Assembly (NCBI GenBank): GCA_015370545.1
Contig: GCA_015370545.1_3932.1
From: a phage
Length of the DNA: 64,000 bases
Direction: 5' to 3' (one strand)
How positions within the stretch are numbered: position 1 is the stretch's first letter; each line of letters starts with the position of its first letter. A program made the position numbers and the translations under genes. The notes beneath the pieces were generated by a model, which had not been told where the DNA came from, did not search any database, and saw only the letters and a program-made list of their open reading frames with translations. Positions 1-10,156 of the stretch are shown here, one piece after another.

Positions 1-24
1 CAAGACGTTAAACACGGAGACACA

Positions 25-264
25 GTGATGTACTGTGATGACCGAAGAGGAAGAAGTGCAATCTTGTTTGGAAAAGTTGTATGTAAAATACGCGGTAATT
101 ATGTTGTTTCAGATATGGATGTCAACGTCGCACAAAAGCTCAAAACAATCATGGATAGCAAGATTTCATCATGGCTCTTAAATTGTATGCACGCATCGTC
201 AATCACAAAGGTAAGTGATAAGTTTTACGATATGTGGCAGAATGAGCAAATTTTCAAGATTTAA
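25..264 (+). CDS. hypothetical protein
   Basis: 79-aa ORF ending just upstream of an intrinsic terminator; no recognisable motif. Confidence 0.3.
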   Translation: MMYCDDRRGRSAILFGKVVCKIRGNYVVSDMDVNVAQKLKTIMDSKISSWLLNCMHASSITKVSDKFYDMWQNEQIFKI

Positions 265-268
265 ACTA

Positions 269-293
269 GGGAGCCTCTTCGGAGGCTCTTTTC
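269..293 (+). terminator. intrinsic terminator
   Basis: GAGCCTC-TTCG-GAGGCTC hairpin followed by TTTT. Confidence 0.7.
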
Positions 294-310
294 ATCTGTA
301 GGATTTAAAA

Positions 311-2545
311 ATGATTAAGACAATTAAAAAATCAAACGGTACAGTAGTAAGCTTTGACCCAGAAAGACTGAATAAATGGGCATCATGGGCAGATAAGCGT
401 GGAATTATCTGGTCAGAAGTCACTATGGAAGCTATGAAACGTGTCTATGAAGGTTGCACCACAAAAGAGATGCACCAAGCCATGATTGATGTTTGTGTTG
501 ATAAACAAACTCAAGAGTACTCAGACATGGCTGGACGGCTACTTCTGGGGATTATCTACAAAGAAGCCTTTGGAGGCTTTACTAAGGTTCCTACACTGAT
601 TACCTTCGTTAAAAATATGGAGAGAGCAGGACTTTGGGAGAAGATGGATTATTCACAGGAAGAGCTTGAATACCTGCAAGGTTACATCGTGCACTCAAAA
701 GATATCTCTTACGGTTATGCAGTCTTGAAACAGTTCAGAGACAAGTATGGCATCCGTGATATTAAAACGGGAAGACTTTTTGAGTCACCACAATTTATGT
801 TCATGGGTATGGCTATGAAAGCCTTTGAGAAGCAACCAAAGCACCGTAGACTGCAAGATGTTATCAAGCTGTACACTTACCTATCTGACCTAAAGATTAA
901 CGCTCCTACGCCCTATTTAAACGGTTTAAGAGCAACTAAATCGGGCTATGCGTCATGCTGTTTGATTAAGGCAAATGATACTGCTGAATCACTTGGTATT
1001 GCTGCAAAGGTTGCTTATGATATGACTACAAAGCAAGCTGGTATTGGTATGCTGATGGAGACTCGCACTATTGGTGATGGTATCCGTCAAAATACGATTG
1101 AGCACATGGGTAAGCTACCTTATTACAAGCTTGTACGTTCATCTGTAGAGGCAAATAAACAGAAGAGTCGTGGTGGTTCAGCTAATAACTTCTACACTGC
1201 TCTAGACCCGCAGATTGAAGATTTACTGCGTTTGAAGCACCCTACAACGGTTCCTTCTAAACGTATTAATGAGATGGACTACTCATTCGGTACAAACGAT
1301 TATTTCTGGCAGTGTGTTCAGTATGATACAGATTGGTTGCTATTCTCTTACAAAGATGCACCAAAACTCTATGACATGTTCTACACAGCATCTGCTGATG
1401 AGTTTGCTATGGCAGTTGGTCACGCAGTACATTCAGGAGTTAAGCACAGACGAGTCAAGGCTCGTGAAATTGCTAAGCTGTTTATTCAACAGCGTTATGC
1501 TACAGGTCGTGTGTATCCATTCTTCACTAACAATGCAAACACACATACACCATTTAAAGAACCATTGAAGATGTCAAATCTTTGTATGGAAATTGTATTG
1601 CCAGTGTATGGTTTTGAGAAAGAGACAGACCTTTACAGAGACGATGCTGTGAAAGAGGATGGTGAGGTTGCTCTTTGCTTCCTAGCTAGTTTGGTTGCAG
1701 GGAGAATTTCAGAAGATGAATACGCTGACGTTGCTTATTATGCTCTTGCAATGGTTGACTCCGTTATTGACCTTATGGATTATCCGTATCCGTCGATGCG
1801 TAACCATGTTCAGAAGCGTCGTTCTGTTGGGATTGGCCTTACAAATGTGGCTCACTACCTTGCGAAGAACTACGTGAACTACTCTTCACGAGCAGGTAAA
1901 ACGAAGCTTCATGAGCTTGCTGAAATGCACTCTTACTACTTACACGAAGCTTCTTTAAGACTTGCTAAAGAACGTGGTGTGCCTGAGTATATGCAGTTCA
2001 CTAAGTATCCTGAAGGATGGGTTCCTCCAAAGACAGCTAACAGGAAGATTGATGAGAAGCATGATGCAAAGCTAAGATATGATTGGGATGACTTAGCACA
2101 ACGTATCAAAGAGAACGGTGGAATCCGTAACTCTGTATTAGAGGCTTACATGCCTAATGAGAGTTCTTCTCTGGCGACTAATACAACTAACGGCTTGTAC
2201 CCAATTCGTGACTTTATTTTAACTAAAAAGTCTGCAACTGGTAACGTACTGTTTATTGTTCCAGATTATGAAGAGTTGAAGTATGTATATGAAATTGCTT
2301 GGGATATTGATACCTTTGACCTGATTGATTGTTATGCAATTGTTCAAAAGTTCACTGGTCAAGCTATCTCTTCAGACTTCTATGTTGACTATGCAAAGTC
2401 TAAGAAGGTATCATTGGCTCAAGCTCTGAAGTATATGATTTATGCCAACTCGGTAGGTATGAAAACCATGTACTACCTTAACAGTCGCATCGGTGTAGGT
2501 AAGTCTGCACTGCAAGATGCTTATTGCGAGGGCTGTGGTGTTTAG
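311..2545 (+). CDS. nrdA: ribonucleotide reductase class I large subunit
   Basis: 744 aa; N-terminal ATP-cone-like region, SNLCMEIVLP active-site motif, C-terminal CEGCG redox tail; followed by nrdB. Confidence 0.9.
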   Translation: MIKTIKKSNGTVVSFDPERLNKWASWADKRGIIWSEVTMEAMKRVYEGCTTKEMHQAMIDVCVDKQTQEYSDMAGRLLLGIIYKEAFGGFTKVPTLITFVKNMERAGLWEKMDYSQEELEYLQGYIVHSKDISYGYAVLKQFRDKYGIRDIKTGRLFESPQFMFMGMAMKAFEKQPKHRRLQDVIKLYTYLSDLKINAPTPYLNGLRATKSGYASCCLIKANDTAESLGIAAKVAYDMTTKQAGIGMLMETRTIGDGIRQNTIEHMGKLPYYKLVRSSVEANKQKSRGGSANNFYTALDPQIEDLLRLKHPTTVPSKRINEMDYSFGTNDYFWQCVQYDTDWLLFSYKDAPKLYDMFYTASADEFAMAVGHAVHSGVKHRRVKAREIAKLFIQQRYATGRVYPFFTNNANTHTPFKEPLKMSNLCMEIVLPVYGFEKETDLYRDDAVKEDGEVALCFLASLVAGRISEDEYADVAYYALAMVDSVIDLMDYPYPSMRNHVQKRRSVGIGLTNVAHYLAKNYVNYSSRAGKTKLHELAEMHSYYLHEASLRLAKERGVPEYMQFTKYPEGWVPPKTANRKIDEKHDAKLRYDWDDLAQRIKENGGIRNSVLEAYMPNESSSLATNTTNGLYPIRDFILTKKSATGNVLFIVPDYEELKYVYEIAWDIDTFDLIDCYAIVQKFTGQAISSDFYVDYAKSKKVSLAQALKYMIYANSVGMKTMYYLNSRIGVGKSALQDAYCEGCGV

Positions 2546-2600
2546 TTTTAATAACTATGAGGGTCGTAAAAGACCCTCTAAAATTAACTTTGGAGAGACT

Positions 2601-2858
2601 ATGAAAGACTTAATAGCAAATCACGAGTGGCCTATATACTTGCTCCACAAACCTCGAAAAACGCTGTACTATGTGAGTAGCACAGATATGATGATAAAAC
2701 AAAATGATGACTCATGGGTCGCTGGTGTCTCTTACATCTCTACAGCAGATGGTAAAATCTATGCAAGACCTTATGACATGTTTAATAAAGAAAATTGGGA
2801 AGTTTTAGACAGAAAACAAGCCTTAGAGATGATAAAGAAAGGAGAAATCACATTATGA
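2601..2858 (+). CDS. hypothetical protein
   Basis: ATG at 2601 after hairpin 2559-2578, SD-like GGAGAG; stop overlaps nrdB start (ATGA); the longer 2517 ORF start overlaps nrdA. Confidence 0.4.
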   Translation: MKDLIANHEWPIYLLHKPRKTLYYVSSTDMMIKQNDDSWVAGVSYISTADGKIYARPYDMFNKENWEVLDRKQALEMIKKGEITL

Positions 2859-3928
2859 TTAACCAACACCCAATCTTTTTAGGTGGTGAGAGAAAGACAT
2901 TTGACTCACTTAACAAGCACTACCCAAAAATCTTTGAGCTATATAAACAACAAAAAGCGCAAGACTGGTCAGAAGATGAGTTCCCTTTTGAACAATCACG
3001 TCTTGATTTTGAAAGTGTGCCAGCATCAATGTCAGGTGTAATGCTTGAGATTCTTAAGTGGCAGTGGGAAGCAGATACCCAAGTTGCTAAAAGTTTAGCG
3101 TTTGCTTTTGCACCATTCATCTCTGATGACATTTATGCAACTGCAATTATGAAGCAGTCTGAGATTGAAAACCTACACGCCCTGACTTACTCGGAGATTG
3201 TAAGGCAATGTATTAAAAATCCTGAAACAATCTTAGATGAGATTAACCAGAACATTGCTGTACAAGACCGATTAAAAACTGTGAATCGTGTTCTTGAAGA
3301 ATTGCTGGATGAAGGTATAAACTATCGACTGAGTTATGTCCGTGACTCACTTCTGGACAAAGACCCTTTACACTTCCATAAAGTGATTCTGAAAGGTCTA
3401 TTTGCAGTGACTGCACTGGAAGGTATATCTTTTATGGCATCCTTTGCATGTACTTTTGCACTTGATGCTCAAGATAAATTTCAGGGTATTGCTCAAGCTG
3501 TGCAGAAGATTATGCTTGATGAAATCCTTCACACTAAAATTGATATTGAAGTTTTAAAAGAAACTTTAAGAGATGACGAGTGGCAGAAAGCTTTTCAACA
3601 AATTCTTCCAGAGATTAAAGTAATCTTAGATGAAGTAGTTGAAAGTGAAGAGAAATGGTCGTATTATATCTTCTCTGAAGGACGTGCTGTAGTTGGGTTA
3701 AATACAAAACTTCTTCATGAGTGGGTTTACTATAATGCTGCCCCACTGTATGATATGTTTGGCATTCCCAGAGATTTTGTAGCTCCTAAAGAACCACCTT
3801 TGAAGTACATGATTAAGAAGATGGAAATTGATAAAGAGCAGAATGCTAATCAGGAGCAACAGAACGGTGCGTACCTATTGAATACTGTTGTAGATGATTT
3901 GAATAGTGGATTTTTAGAGGTTCCTTAA
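2855..3928 (+). CDS. nrdB: ribonucleotide reductase class I small subunit
   Basis: ferritin-like diiron protein; start taken at ATG 2855 preceded by AAGGAG. Confidence 0.85.
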   Translation: MINQHPIFLGGERKTFDSLNKHYPKIFELYKQQKAQDWSEDEFPFEQSRLDFESVPASMSGVMLEILKWQWEADTQVAKSLAFAFAPFISDDIYATAIMKQSEIENLHALTYSEIVRQCIKNPETILDEINQNIAVQDRLKTVNRVLEELLDEGINYRLSYVRDSLLDKDPLHFHKVILKGLFAVTALEGISFMASFACTFALDAQDKFQGIAQAVQKIMLDEILHTKIDIEVLKETLRDDEWQKAFQQILPEIKVILDEVVESEEKWSYYIFSEGRAVVGLNTKLLHEWVYYNAAPLYDMFGIPRDFVAPKEPPLKYMIKKMEIDKEQNANQEQQNGAYLLNTVVDDLNSGFLEVP

Positions 3929-4170
3929 TGACTTATGTAATTTACTCCAAAACTGGATGCCCTCAGTGTGAGACCGCAAAGAATTTTGCAAAAGCTCGTG
4001 GTATTGACCATGTTGTGAGAATGTTAGGGTATGACTATGAGCTATCAGACCTGATGGATATTGCACAGATGCCAGTTCGTCAGATGCCATTCATCATGAA
4101 AACTGATGGACAAAACCTAAAACCTGTTGGAACGCTACAGAATTTTATGGCAGAGGTGAATAATGCTTAA
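3928..4170 (+). CDS. glutaredoxin-like redoxin (NrdH/NrdC-like)
   Basis: 80 aa with CPQC active-site motif near N-terminus; start overlaps nrdB stop. Confidence 0.7.
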   Translation: MTYVIYSKTGCPQCETAKNFAKARGIDHVVRMLGYDYELSDLMDIAQMPVRQMPFIMKTDGQNLKPVGTLQNFMAEVNNA

Positions 4171-4369
4171 ACGCCTTTGGGAAGGTTTGGTTGTTGATGC
4201 ACCAGCCATTGTGATTGGTATGCTTGTTGTTAACCTATTTACTGATTTTGAACAAGGTTCATTGTTTGGGGCCATGCTATTATGGGTTATCTTTGAAATA
4301 TTAGAGATACAGCTAGGCATCACTGAAAAACTAAGAAAACTCGTTTCAAAGTTTTCTAAAAAGATTTAA
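4163..4369 (+). CDS. small hydrophobic membrane protein
   Basis: 68 aa, two hydrophobic segments; overlaps upstream stop. Confidence 0.4.
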   Translation: MLKRLWEGLVVDAPAIVIGMLVVNLFTDFEQGSLFGAMLLWVIFEILEIQLGITEKLRKLVSKFSKKI

Positions 4370-4376
4370 AATGAAA

Positions 4377-4398
4377 GGGTCTCTTCGGAGACCTTTTT
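4377..4398 (+). terminator. intrinsic terminator
   Basis: GGTCTC-TTCG-GAGACC hairpin followed by TTTTT. Confidence 0.7.
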
Positions 4399-4417
4399 AG
4401 CATGTAAAGGGGCAATA

Positions 4418-6562
4418 ATGAACAAAGTACAGATTATTAAAAAGAATGGCTCACTTGAAGAACCTGATATCAAAAAAGTTTTAGCAGCAGTAACTAAGTC
4501 AGCTAACAGGGTTGGGTATAAAGAACTTCCACCAGATGTTACCCAAGCTCTTGAGTCAGCATTCATGAGGATTCTGGTGAAGTCCACTAAGCAGAATAAT
4601 TTGCTCATCTCGGTAAATGACATTCACAGTATTGTTGAGGGTGCTTTGGCAGAAGTCAATCACGAGATTTACGAGTCTTACTCAACATATAGAAATTACC
4701 GTAAAGAGGTTGCTCAAAATTGGGATGAGCTTTACCAAAAGACTAGAGACACACTCTTCTTAGGTGACCGTGAAAATGCCAACTTTGACAGCAGTTTAAT
4801 TTCTACAAAAGGTTCAATTATTCGTGGTTATCTGACTAAAGAAATCTTTAAACAATACCATTTAACACCAGAGGAACTTGAAGCCATTGAAAAAGGGTTT
4901 ATCTACATCCATGACTTAAGAGACTTAATTTTTGGTGGTATTAACTGCTGCTTGTTTGACATTGGTAAAGTACTGAAAGGTGGCTTTGAAATGTCTGGCA
5001 TCGAATACTGTGAACCGAAGTCTGTACTGTCAGCCTTACAGGTTATTGGTGACGTAGTACTTTCAGCAACTGCACAGCAATTTGGTGGTTTTACTTTAGC
5101 AGAGATTGATAAGGTACTTGTACCGTATGCTAAGAAGTCTCTACGCTATCATGCTGAGAAAGCATCATCTTATGGTATTCCTAAAGAGCATTACCACAAT
5201 TATGTAATGGAGCAGTTACAAATTGAACTGACTCAGGGTTTTCAGTCACTTGAGATGAAACTAAATACCGTACCTTGTAGCCGTGGTGATTTTGCATTCA
5301 CAACTTTAACATTTGGTTTACTTGACTCAGATATGTCTAATGAGGATAATCGACTCCAATACATGATTGCAAGTACTCTCCTAGATGTTCGTATGAATGG
5401 ACAAGGCAAGAGCAAAAAACCTGTTGTATTCCCTAAACTGGTTTATATTTATGACCAGAAGAGACATGATGAAAATATCTGTCAAGGCCACCTGTACAGT
5501 AAAGCTATCGAGTGTTGCTCTAAAGCGATGTATCCAGATTTCTTAAGTGTGTCTGGTCATGGTGCTGTAGCAGAGGCTTTTGAGCGTTCTGGTAAGGTAA
5601 TTTCACCGATGGGTTGCAGAGCCTTTTTATCTCCATATCTTAATGAGGGTGGAGAAGAGTTCTACGTTGGTCGTGCTAACATTGGTGCTGTATCTTTGAA
5701 CTTACCAATGATTTACCAGTATTCTAAAGAGAATGGTTTAGATTTCTGGAAAGAGCTTGATAAGTACCTAGAGATGATTCGTAGTTTCCATAAGAAACGC
5801 TACGAAATGATTGCTAATATGCCAGCAAGTTCTAACCCTCTTGCATTCACACAAGGTGGTCTGTACAAAGGAACTAAGAAACCTACTGACAAGGTTGGTT
5901 GGGATATTGTGAAGTCCTTCACAGCTTCTTTTGGTGTTACTGCGCTTGATGAGTTGTCTGTTCTTGCTGAAGGTAAACGACTTCATGAAGTTGGAAGCTA
6001 TAGTTTTGCATATGATGTTCTGGCATACATCAACATGAAAACCGAAGAGTTTAAAAATGAAGATGGCTTCTTATATGCCGTCTATGGTACTCCAGCAGAA
6101 TCACTATGTGGGACTCAGCTAAAACAGTTCAGAGATATGTTTGGCGTTATCAAAGGTGTTTCTGACAAGGAATACTTTACAAACAGTTTCCATATGAATG
6201 TTGCAGCAGACATCTCACCATTTGAGAAGCAGGACTTAGAAGAACCATTCTTCCATATCTGTAGAGGCGGTAGAATCCAGTATGTAAGAGTAGCTAACCC
6301 AGAAAACTTATCAGCACTTAAAAGTTGTATTACAAGAGGGATGTTGAAAGGTTTCTATCAGGGACTTAACTTTGACTTAGCAATCTGTGAGCATTGTGGT
6401 AACAGACCAAAGGCTGATGTTGAAGAATGTGAGGTTTGCCATTCACATGATATCTCTGTGATTAACAGGGTGTGTGGGTATCTTGGATGGACTAAGATTA
6501 AAGGTGAATCCCGAATGAACGATGCAAAAATCGCTGAGATTCGTGACAGAGTTTCTATGTAA
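4418..6562 (+). CDS. nrdD: anaerobic ribonucleotide reductase class III
   Basis: 714 aa; C-terminal CxxC...CxxC zinc ribbon and glycyl-radical motif RVCGYLG. Confidence 0.9.
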   Translation: MNKVQIIKKNGSLEEPDIKKVLAAVTKSANRVGYKELPPDVTQALESAFMRILVKSTKQNNLLISVNDIHSIVEGALAEVNHEIYESYSTYRNYRKEVAQNWDELYQKTRDTLFLGDRENANFDSSLISTKGSIIRGYLTKEIFKQYHLTPEELEAIEKGFIYIHDLRDLIFGGINCCLFDIGKVLKGGFEMSGIEYCEPKSVLSALQVIGDVVLSATAQQFGGFTLAEIDKVLVPYAKKSLRYHAEKASSYGIPKEHYHNYVMEQLQIELTQGFQSLEMKLNTVPCSRGDFAFTTLTFGLLDSDMSNEDNRLQYMIASTLLDVRMNGQGKSKKPVVFPKLVYIYDQKRHDENICQGHLYSKAIECCSKAMYPDFLSVSGHGAVAEAFERSGKVISPMGCRAFLSPYLNEGGEEFYVGRANIGAVSLNLPMIYQYSKENGLDFWKELDKYLEMIRSFHKKRYEMIANMPASSNPLAFTQGGLYKGTKKPTDKVGWDIVKSFTASFGVTALDELSVLAEGKRLHEVGSYSFAYDVLAYINMKTEEFKNEDGFLYAVYGTPAESLCGTQLKQFRDMFGVIKGVSDKEYFTNSFHMNVAADISPFEKQDLEEPFFHICRGGRIQYVRVANPENLSALKSCITRGMLKGFYQGLNFDLAICEHCGNRPKADVEECEVCHSHDISVINRVCGYLGWTKIKGESRMNDAKIAEIRDRVSM

Positions 6563-6716
6563 AACTTGACATGGTGGTGTGAGTCTTGATAGGCTTACAT
6601 CACCTTTTTTATTGGATGTTAGATATGGCAGAGAGTATTATTGGGTTGTTCATAGGTTCTGTCTTACTAGGGTTCTTTTTAGGACTCTCTTATTGTGAAT
6701 TAAGAGGCAAGTTAAA

Positions 6717-6917
6717 ATGTTTAAAATATCAAAAGCGTTGATATACATTCTCCACATTCTAATCTTCTTCTTTGGGGTTAGTGTTATGGTATGGGGTTTT
6801 TCAGACCCACAATGGAGTTTCGCATATCAGGGTCAGATGGATTTATGGTCATGCTTCAAACCATTTTTAGGGTTAGTCATAGCATTCAGTGCATTGCCAA
6901 CTAAGGTGAAATTATGA
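6717..6917 (+). CDS. small membrane protein
   Basis: 66 aa, two hydrophobic helices. Confidence 0.35.
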   Translation: MFKISKALIYILHILIFFFGVSVMVWGFSDPQWSFAYQGQMDLWSCFKPFLGLVIAFSALPTKVKL

Positions 6918-7309
6918 TTAAGTTGAACAAAAAACAGTTAGAGTGGATTAAAGATTATGCCTCAGAGTGTGGCTCTTGCGAAAAGAATCACGTAAGATAT
7001 TCAACATTCCATACGACCTTCACATTGTACATCAGCGACAACGTTCTAAGTGATTCCGTAGAAGATGGTGTAGCGTTACCTAATGAATTGCTTGACAAAT
7101 TAGCTGTAGTCTCTGGAACTTGGTCTGAAGAAGACGGTCATGAATTATCTAACGATGTTGTCTTCTACACTCTTGAAAATATTATGAATCCAGAGTACAT
7201 TATGCTAATGACTTGTGCACAAGATTGTGTGCCATTACAAAACTTCATTAAAGAACACTGCGAAGAATTTATTACTAAACAGGTTCCTTGTCAGGTGGTG
7301 TTTGAATGA
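6914..7309 (+). CDS. hypothetical protein
   Basis: 131-aa ORF, start overlaps upstream stop. Confidence 0.4.
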   Translation: MIKLNKKQLEWIKDYASECGSCEKNHVRYSTFHTTFTLYISDNVLSDSVEDGVALPNELLDKLAVVSGTWSEEDGHELSNDVVFYTLENIMNPEYIMLMTCAQDCVPLQNFIKEHCEEFITKQVPCQVVFE

Positions 7310-7605
7310 GTAAAACAATTCGAAGAAAAGGTTTAAAGAACGTTCATGGACTCTATGAGTGGAGAAATGAGGTACGTAACAGAGAAAATGCTTCAGATGT
7401 CTACTTCCATTCTGATATGATGTCCAGAAAAGGTGGCTCTTACGACTTCACAAGCCAGCCTTGTAGAGAGATTAAGAAGGCCACTAAACGTCTTACAAGA
7501 ACACAAATAAGGCAGCTTTCTAAGACATCCTTCTTAGATGAAGATTTTGATATTGATAGCAAGTCTCCAAAGAAAGCCGCTAAGAACACTTATATGTATT
7601 GGTGA
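7306..7605 (+). CDS. hypothetical protein
   Basis: 99-aa ORF, start overlaps upstream stop. Confidence 0.4.
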   Translation: MSKTIRRKGLKNVHGLYEWRNEVRNRENASDVYFHSDMMSRKGGSYDFTSQPCREIKKATKRLTRTQIRQLSKTSFLDEDFDIDSKSPKKAAKNTYMYW

Positions 7606-7614
7606 GGTAACTAG

Positions 7615-8100
7615 ATGAATTACATGGAGATTCGACCATTTGACACAGCTAATGGTGAAGGGGTTCGTGTAAGCCTCTTCGTAGCTGGTTGTAAGCATCA
7701 CTGTGAAGGTTGCTTTAATAAGGAATCTTGGAAGTTTAATGCTGGTAAAGAGTTCACTTATGCAAACCTTTATGGCATCATTAAGTTAATGAATGATAAT
7801 GCCATCAGTGGGCTGTCAATACTTGGTGGAGAACCTCTGGATGATAGAAACATTCAAGAGGTTACCAACATATGCAAACGTATTAAAACCGTTTACCCAG
7901 AAAAATCTATCTGGCTCTGGACAGGTTTTCAGTTACACGAAAAAATTCACCTAGATGTGATGAAATATATTGACGTGGTGATTGATGGTAAGTATGATTC
8001 ATCTAAACCAACAGTTAAACCATATCGTGGTTCTGATAACCAAAACCTCTGGAGAAAAGAGTATGGGTGGCAAGGTGATTGTCAGTGGCGAGCCGAGTAA
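7615..8100 (+). CDS. nrdG: anaerobic RNR activating enzyme (radical SAM)
   Basis: 161 aa; CKHHCEGC radical-SAM cysteine cluster near N-terminus; follows nrdD. Confidence 0.85.
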   Translation: MNYMEIRPFDTANGEGVRVSLFVAGCKHHCEGCFNKESWKFNAGKEFTYANLYGIIKLMNDNAISGLSILGGEPLDDRNIQEVTNICKRIKTVYPEKSIWLWTGFQLHEKIHLDVMKYIDVVIDGKYDSSKPTVKPYRGSDNQNLWRKEYGWQGDCQWRAE

Positions 8101-8224
8101 GTCTCGTCGTAAAGTAGGTTATCGGTAAAGGCCACTTTACAATGTTCTACAGAACAAACTTAACCGTTTTGGTGTCACTGAAGAGCAACTTAAAACCTTT
8201 TGTGAAAAGATTGAGAGATATGAA

Positions 8225-8482
8225 ATGGGACTTTGGAATAGTTTTAAATTAAAAGTAAAAGCAGCACTAGCTTCATTAGGTATGCTCACTGGTGTTGATG
8301 TGACTCATCTTATGCAGAATTTTAAGATGGATGAGAGGCTGGCTAATGAGATTATGGAAAGTATCTATGTAGGCCGTGGCAAAGGTGGTAAGAAACAAGC
8401 CCACCGCCAATCCGGTGCAGCAGCTATTAAACGAGCAGCTAAGAAAGCTCGTAACCGTAAACGTAACAAGAAGGTTAAATAA
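8225..8482 (+). CDS. hypothetical protein (basic C-terminus)
   Basis: 85-aa ORF with Lys/Arg-rich tail. Confidence 0.4.
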   Translation: MGLWNSFKLKVKAALASLGMLTGVDVTHLMQNFKMDERLANEIMESIYVGRGKGGKKQAHRQSGAAAIKRAAKKARNRKRNKKVK

Positions 8483-8484
8483 CC

Positions 8485-8805
8485 ATGAGCAAAGTTTATA
8501 ACACTCGTAAATTACAGATTTTCGTACTGTGCCAGTTTATGGCTAAAGAATACAACTTCTACTATTGTGGTACAGGTTTTATTAGTGATGATGATGGCTC
8601 ATACCTCCCATTCAAAGAGGCTGTAAAACTCTTCAATGAAGAGAAAAGCTCTAAGAAAGATATTGAAAAGGTTAAGCTAACCTACAGCAAGAGAGATAAG
8701 AAGATTATCTGCCTAGATAACTTTGTGAAAGTTACTGGAGAAGCAAAAGAGTTTATGGATGAGAGTGAGATTTCATTCACAAGCATCTTGAAAGTAGCTC
8801 AGTAA
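8485..8805 (+). CDS. hypothetical protein
   Basis: 106-aa ORF immediately after previous stop. Confidence 0.4.
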   Translation: MSKVYNTRKLQIFVLCQFMAKEYNFYYCGTGFISDDDGSYLPFKEAVKLFNEEKSSKKDIEKVKLTYSKRDKKIICLDNFVKVTGEAKEFMDESEISFTSILKVAQ

Positions 8806-8856
8806 ACAGATACTATAAGGGGACTGTAAAGGTTCCCTTTTTATTTTGGAGATAAC

Positions 8857-9372
8857 ATGTATCTGTCAAATCTGAAACGTTCGGCTGCAATGTCAGTTCT
8901 AAGACTCAGCTTTGAGGAACGTCAAGAGTTCATTGACTCCCACCAATACGACCCTTCTAACTCAAATCACATGATTCTCTGGAATCGTGAGAGCACTCGT
9001 GAAAGAGCACTATTCCGCTATTACCCACACTACACTATAGATAATTTGTATGAATGTTTTGTTGTGAAGAACACCATTACAGTTCTCAATAAACTTTGCA
9101 GATACACAGATAGTCAATCCTTCACATTAGGTCACCACAAGCCTGTTACAAAAGGTGGTGAACATCACTGTGCAAACTGGTTTATTCAGACTAAAGCTGA
9201 TAATCAAAAGCAAGGAGATAGCCTTCTAAGCACTCCCAAGATGACCTATGAAGAGCAAGAGAAATATATCAAAAATAATATGCCAGATGTGCTTGACAAC
9301 AACTATACAGATTTGGCAATATCTCTCCTGTTGAAGTTCGAGACAGTTTATAGGGCAACTTACAATGGCTAA
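8857..9372 (+). CDS. putative HNH endonuclease
   Basis: HHKPVTKGGEHHCANW...NQKQ resembles the HNH H-H/GG/N pattern. Confidence 0.55.
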   Translation: MYLSNLKRSAAMSVLRLSFEERQEFIDSHQYDPSNSNHMILWNRESTRERALFRYYPHYTIDNLYECFVVKNTITVLNKLCRYTDSQSFTLGHHKPVTKGGEHHCANWFIQTKADNQKQGDSLLSTPKMTYEEQEKYIKNNMPDVLDNNYTDLAISLLLKFETVYRATYNG

Positions 9373-9643
9373 AGAAAAGTGGGAGATTTTACCACTAGTC
9401 AGTGAGGGTGGTAATGGTTGTGAAATGTACATGATACGTGGTCATGTCCCAGAACCAATTGCACTTGAGATGGTAAACAATTTTACAGATGGCTCTTACA
9501 AAGACTTGGGAGAACCAACTGTCAAGCAACAATGGGTTAAACCTGTACCAGACAGCACAGGTAACTGTAGTGTACTTTATCACGTTGTAGACCCTGCAAA
9601 ATGCAAATCTGCAATGGCAGTAACAAACGTAACTTTTGATTGA
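9365..9643 (+). CDS. hypothetical protein
   Basis: 92-aa ORF overlapping upstream stop. Confidence 0.35.
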   Translation: MAKEKWEILPLVSEGGNGCEMYMIRGHVPEPIALEMVNNFTDGSYKDLGEPTVKQQWVKPVPDSTGNCSVLYHVVDPAKCKSAMAVTNVTFD

Positions 9644-9658
9644 GAGAGAGAGAAAACT

Positions 9659-10123
9659 ATGATTTTTTGCAATTCCCAGAAGCATGTAATAGAGATTCTA
9701 TATAAGGAGTTTGGTACAGAGAACACCTTTGACTCAAATGAAGCAATTGATGTACTAAGAGAAAAAAGCCTCTTTATAAGAGGTCAATCAATTAACAATG
9801 CTCGTGGCTACCTAACAGTGCTAAGGCAATCCGGTGTACTGATAACTGTAGGCCAAATAAAAAGTAAGGGGAGACTAAGCATCAACCAGATTAACCGAGC
9901 TTTTATGGAGAAACACCCACAACTATCACGAATGTTAGATGATGGACATGGGGAGGTAAAGAGCCTTCAAAAAACAACCTCGACCGATGTTAATTCAGTT
10001 GACATACAACCAGATGTTAGGTATTTTATTGAGGATGTGATGTTTAAAACAATGGATGAAGCAGTTGAACACTGTAAAAAACATCTGATTAAAGTTAAAC
10101 GTGCAAAGATTGTTTGGGAATAA
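9659..10123 (+). CDS. hypothetical protein, tandem paralog 1
   Basis: 154 aa; shares ILYKEFGT..FDSNEAI and C-terminal YFI..MF.T..AVE.CKK..IK.KR.KI.WE with 10157-10609. Confidence 0.5.
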   Translation: MIFCNSQKHVIEILYKEFGTENTFDSNEAIDVLREKSLFIRGQSINNARGYLTVLRQSGVLITVGQIKSKGRLSINQINRAFMEKHPQLSRMLDDGHGEVKSLQKTTSTDVNSVDIQPDVRYFIEDVMFKTMDEAVEHCKKHLIKVKRAKIVWE

Positions 10124-10156
10124 TACTTCAAAAACTTCTATTGAGAGAAAAAGAAC

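Noticed and set aside
1269-1877. Alternative-frame ORFs inside nrdA (1269-1568, 1695-1877), and similar antisense ORFs inside rIIA, nrdD, NAMPT, terminase, portal and tape measure
   Set aside because: All are nested within well-supported long genes and have low-complexity translations without start signals.
2559-2578. Hairpin GAGGGTC-GTAAAA-GACCCTC after nrdA as an intrinsic terminator
   Set aside because: No T-run follows on either strand; more likely an RNA processing or stability hairpin, so not listed as a terminator.
311-8100. Group I introns or inteins interrupting the RNR genes
   Set aside because: nrdA, nrdB, nrdD and nrdG all read as single uninterrupted ORFs of normal length with conserved motifs in the expected order.
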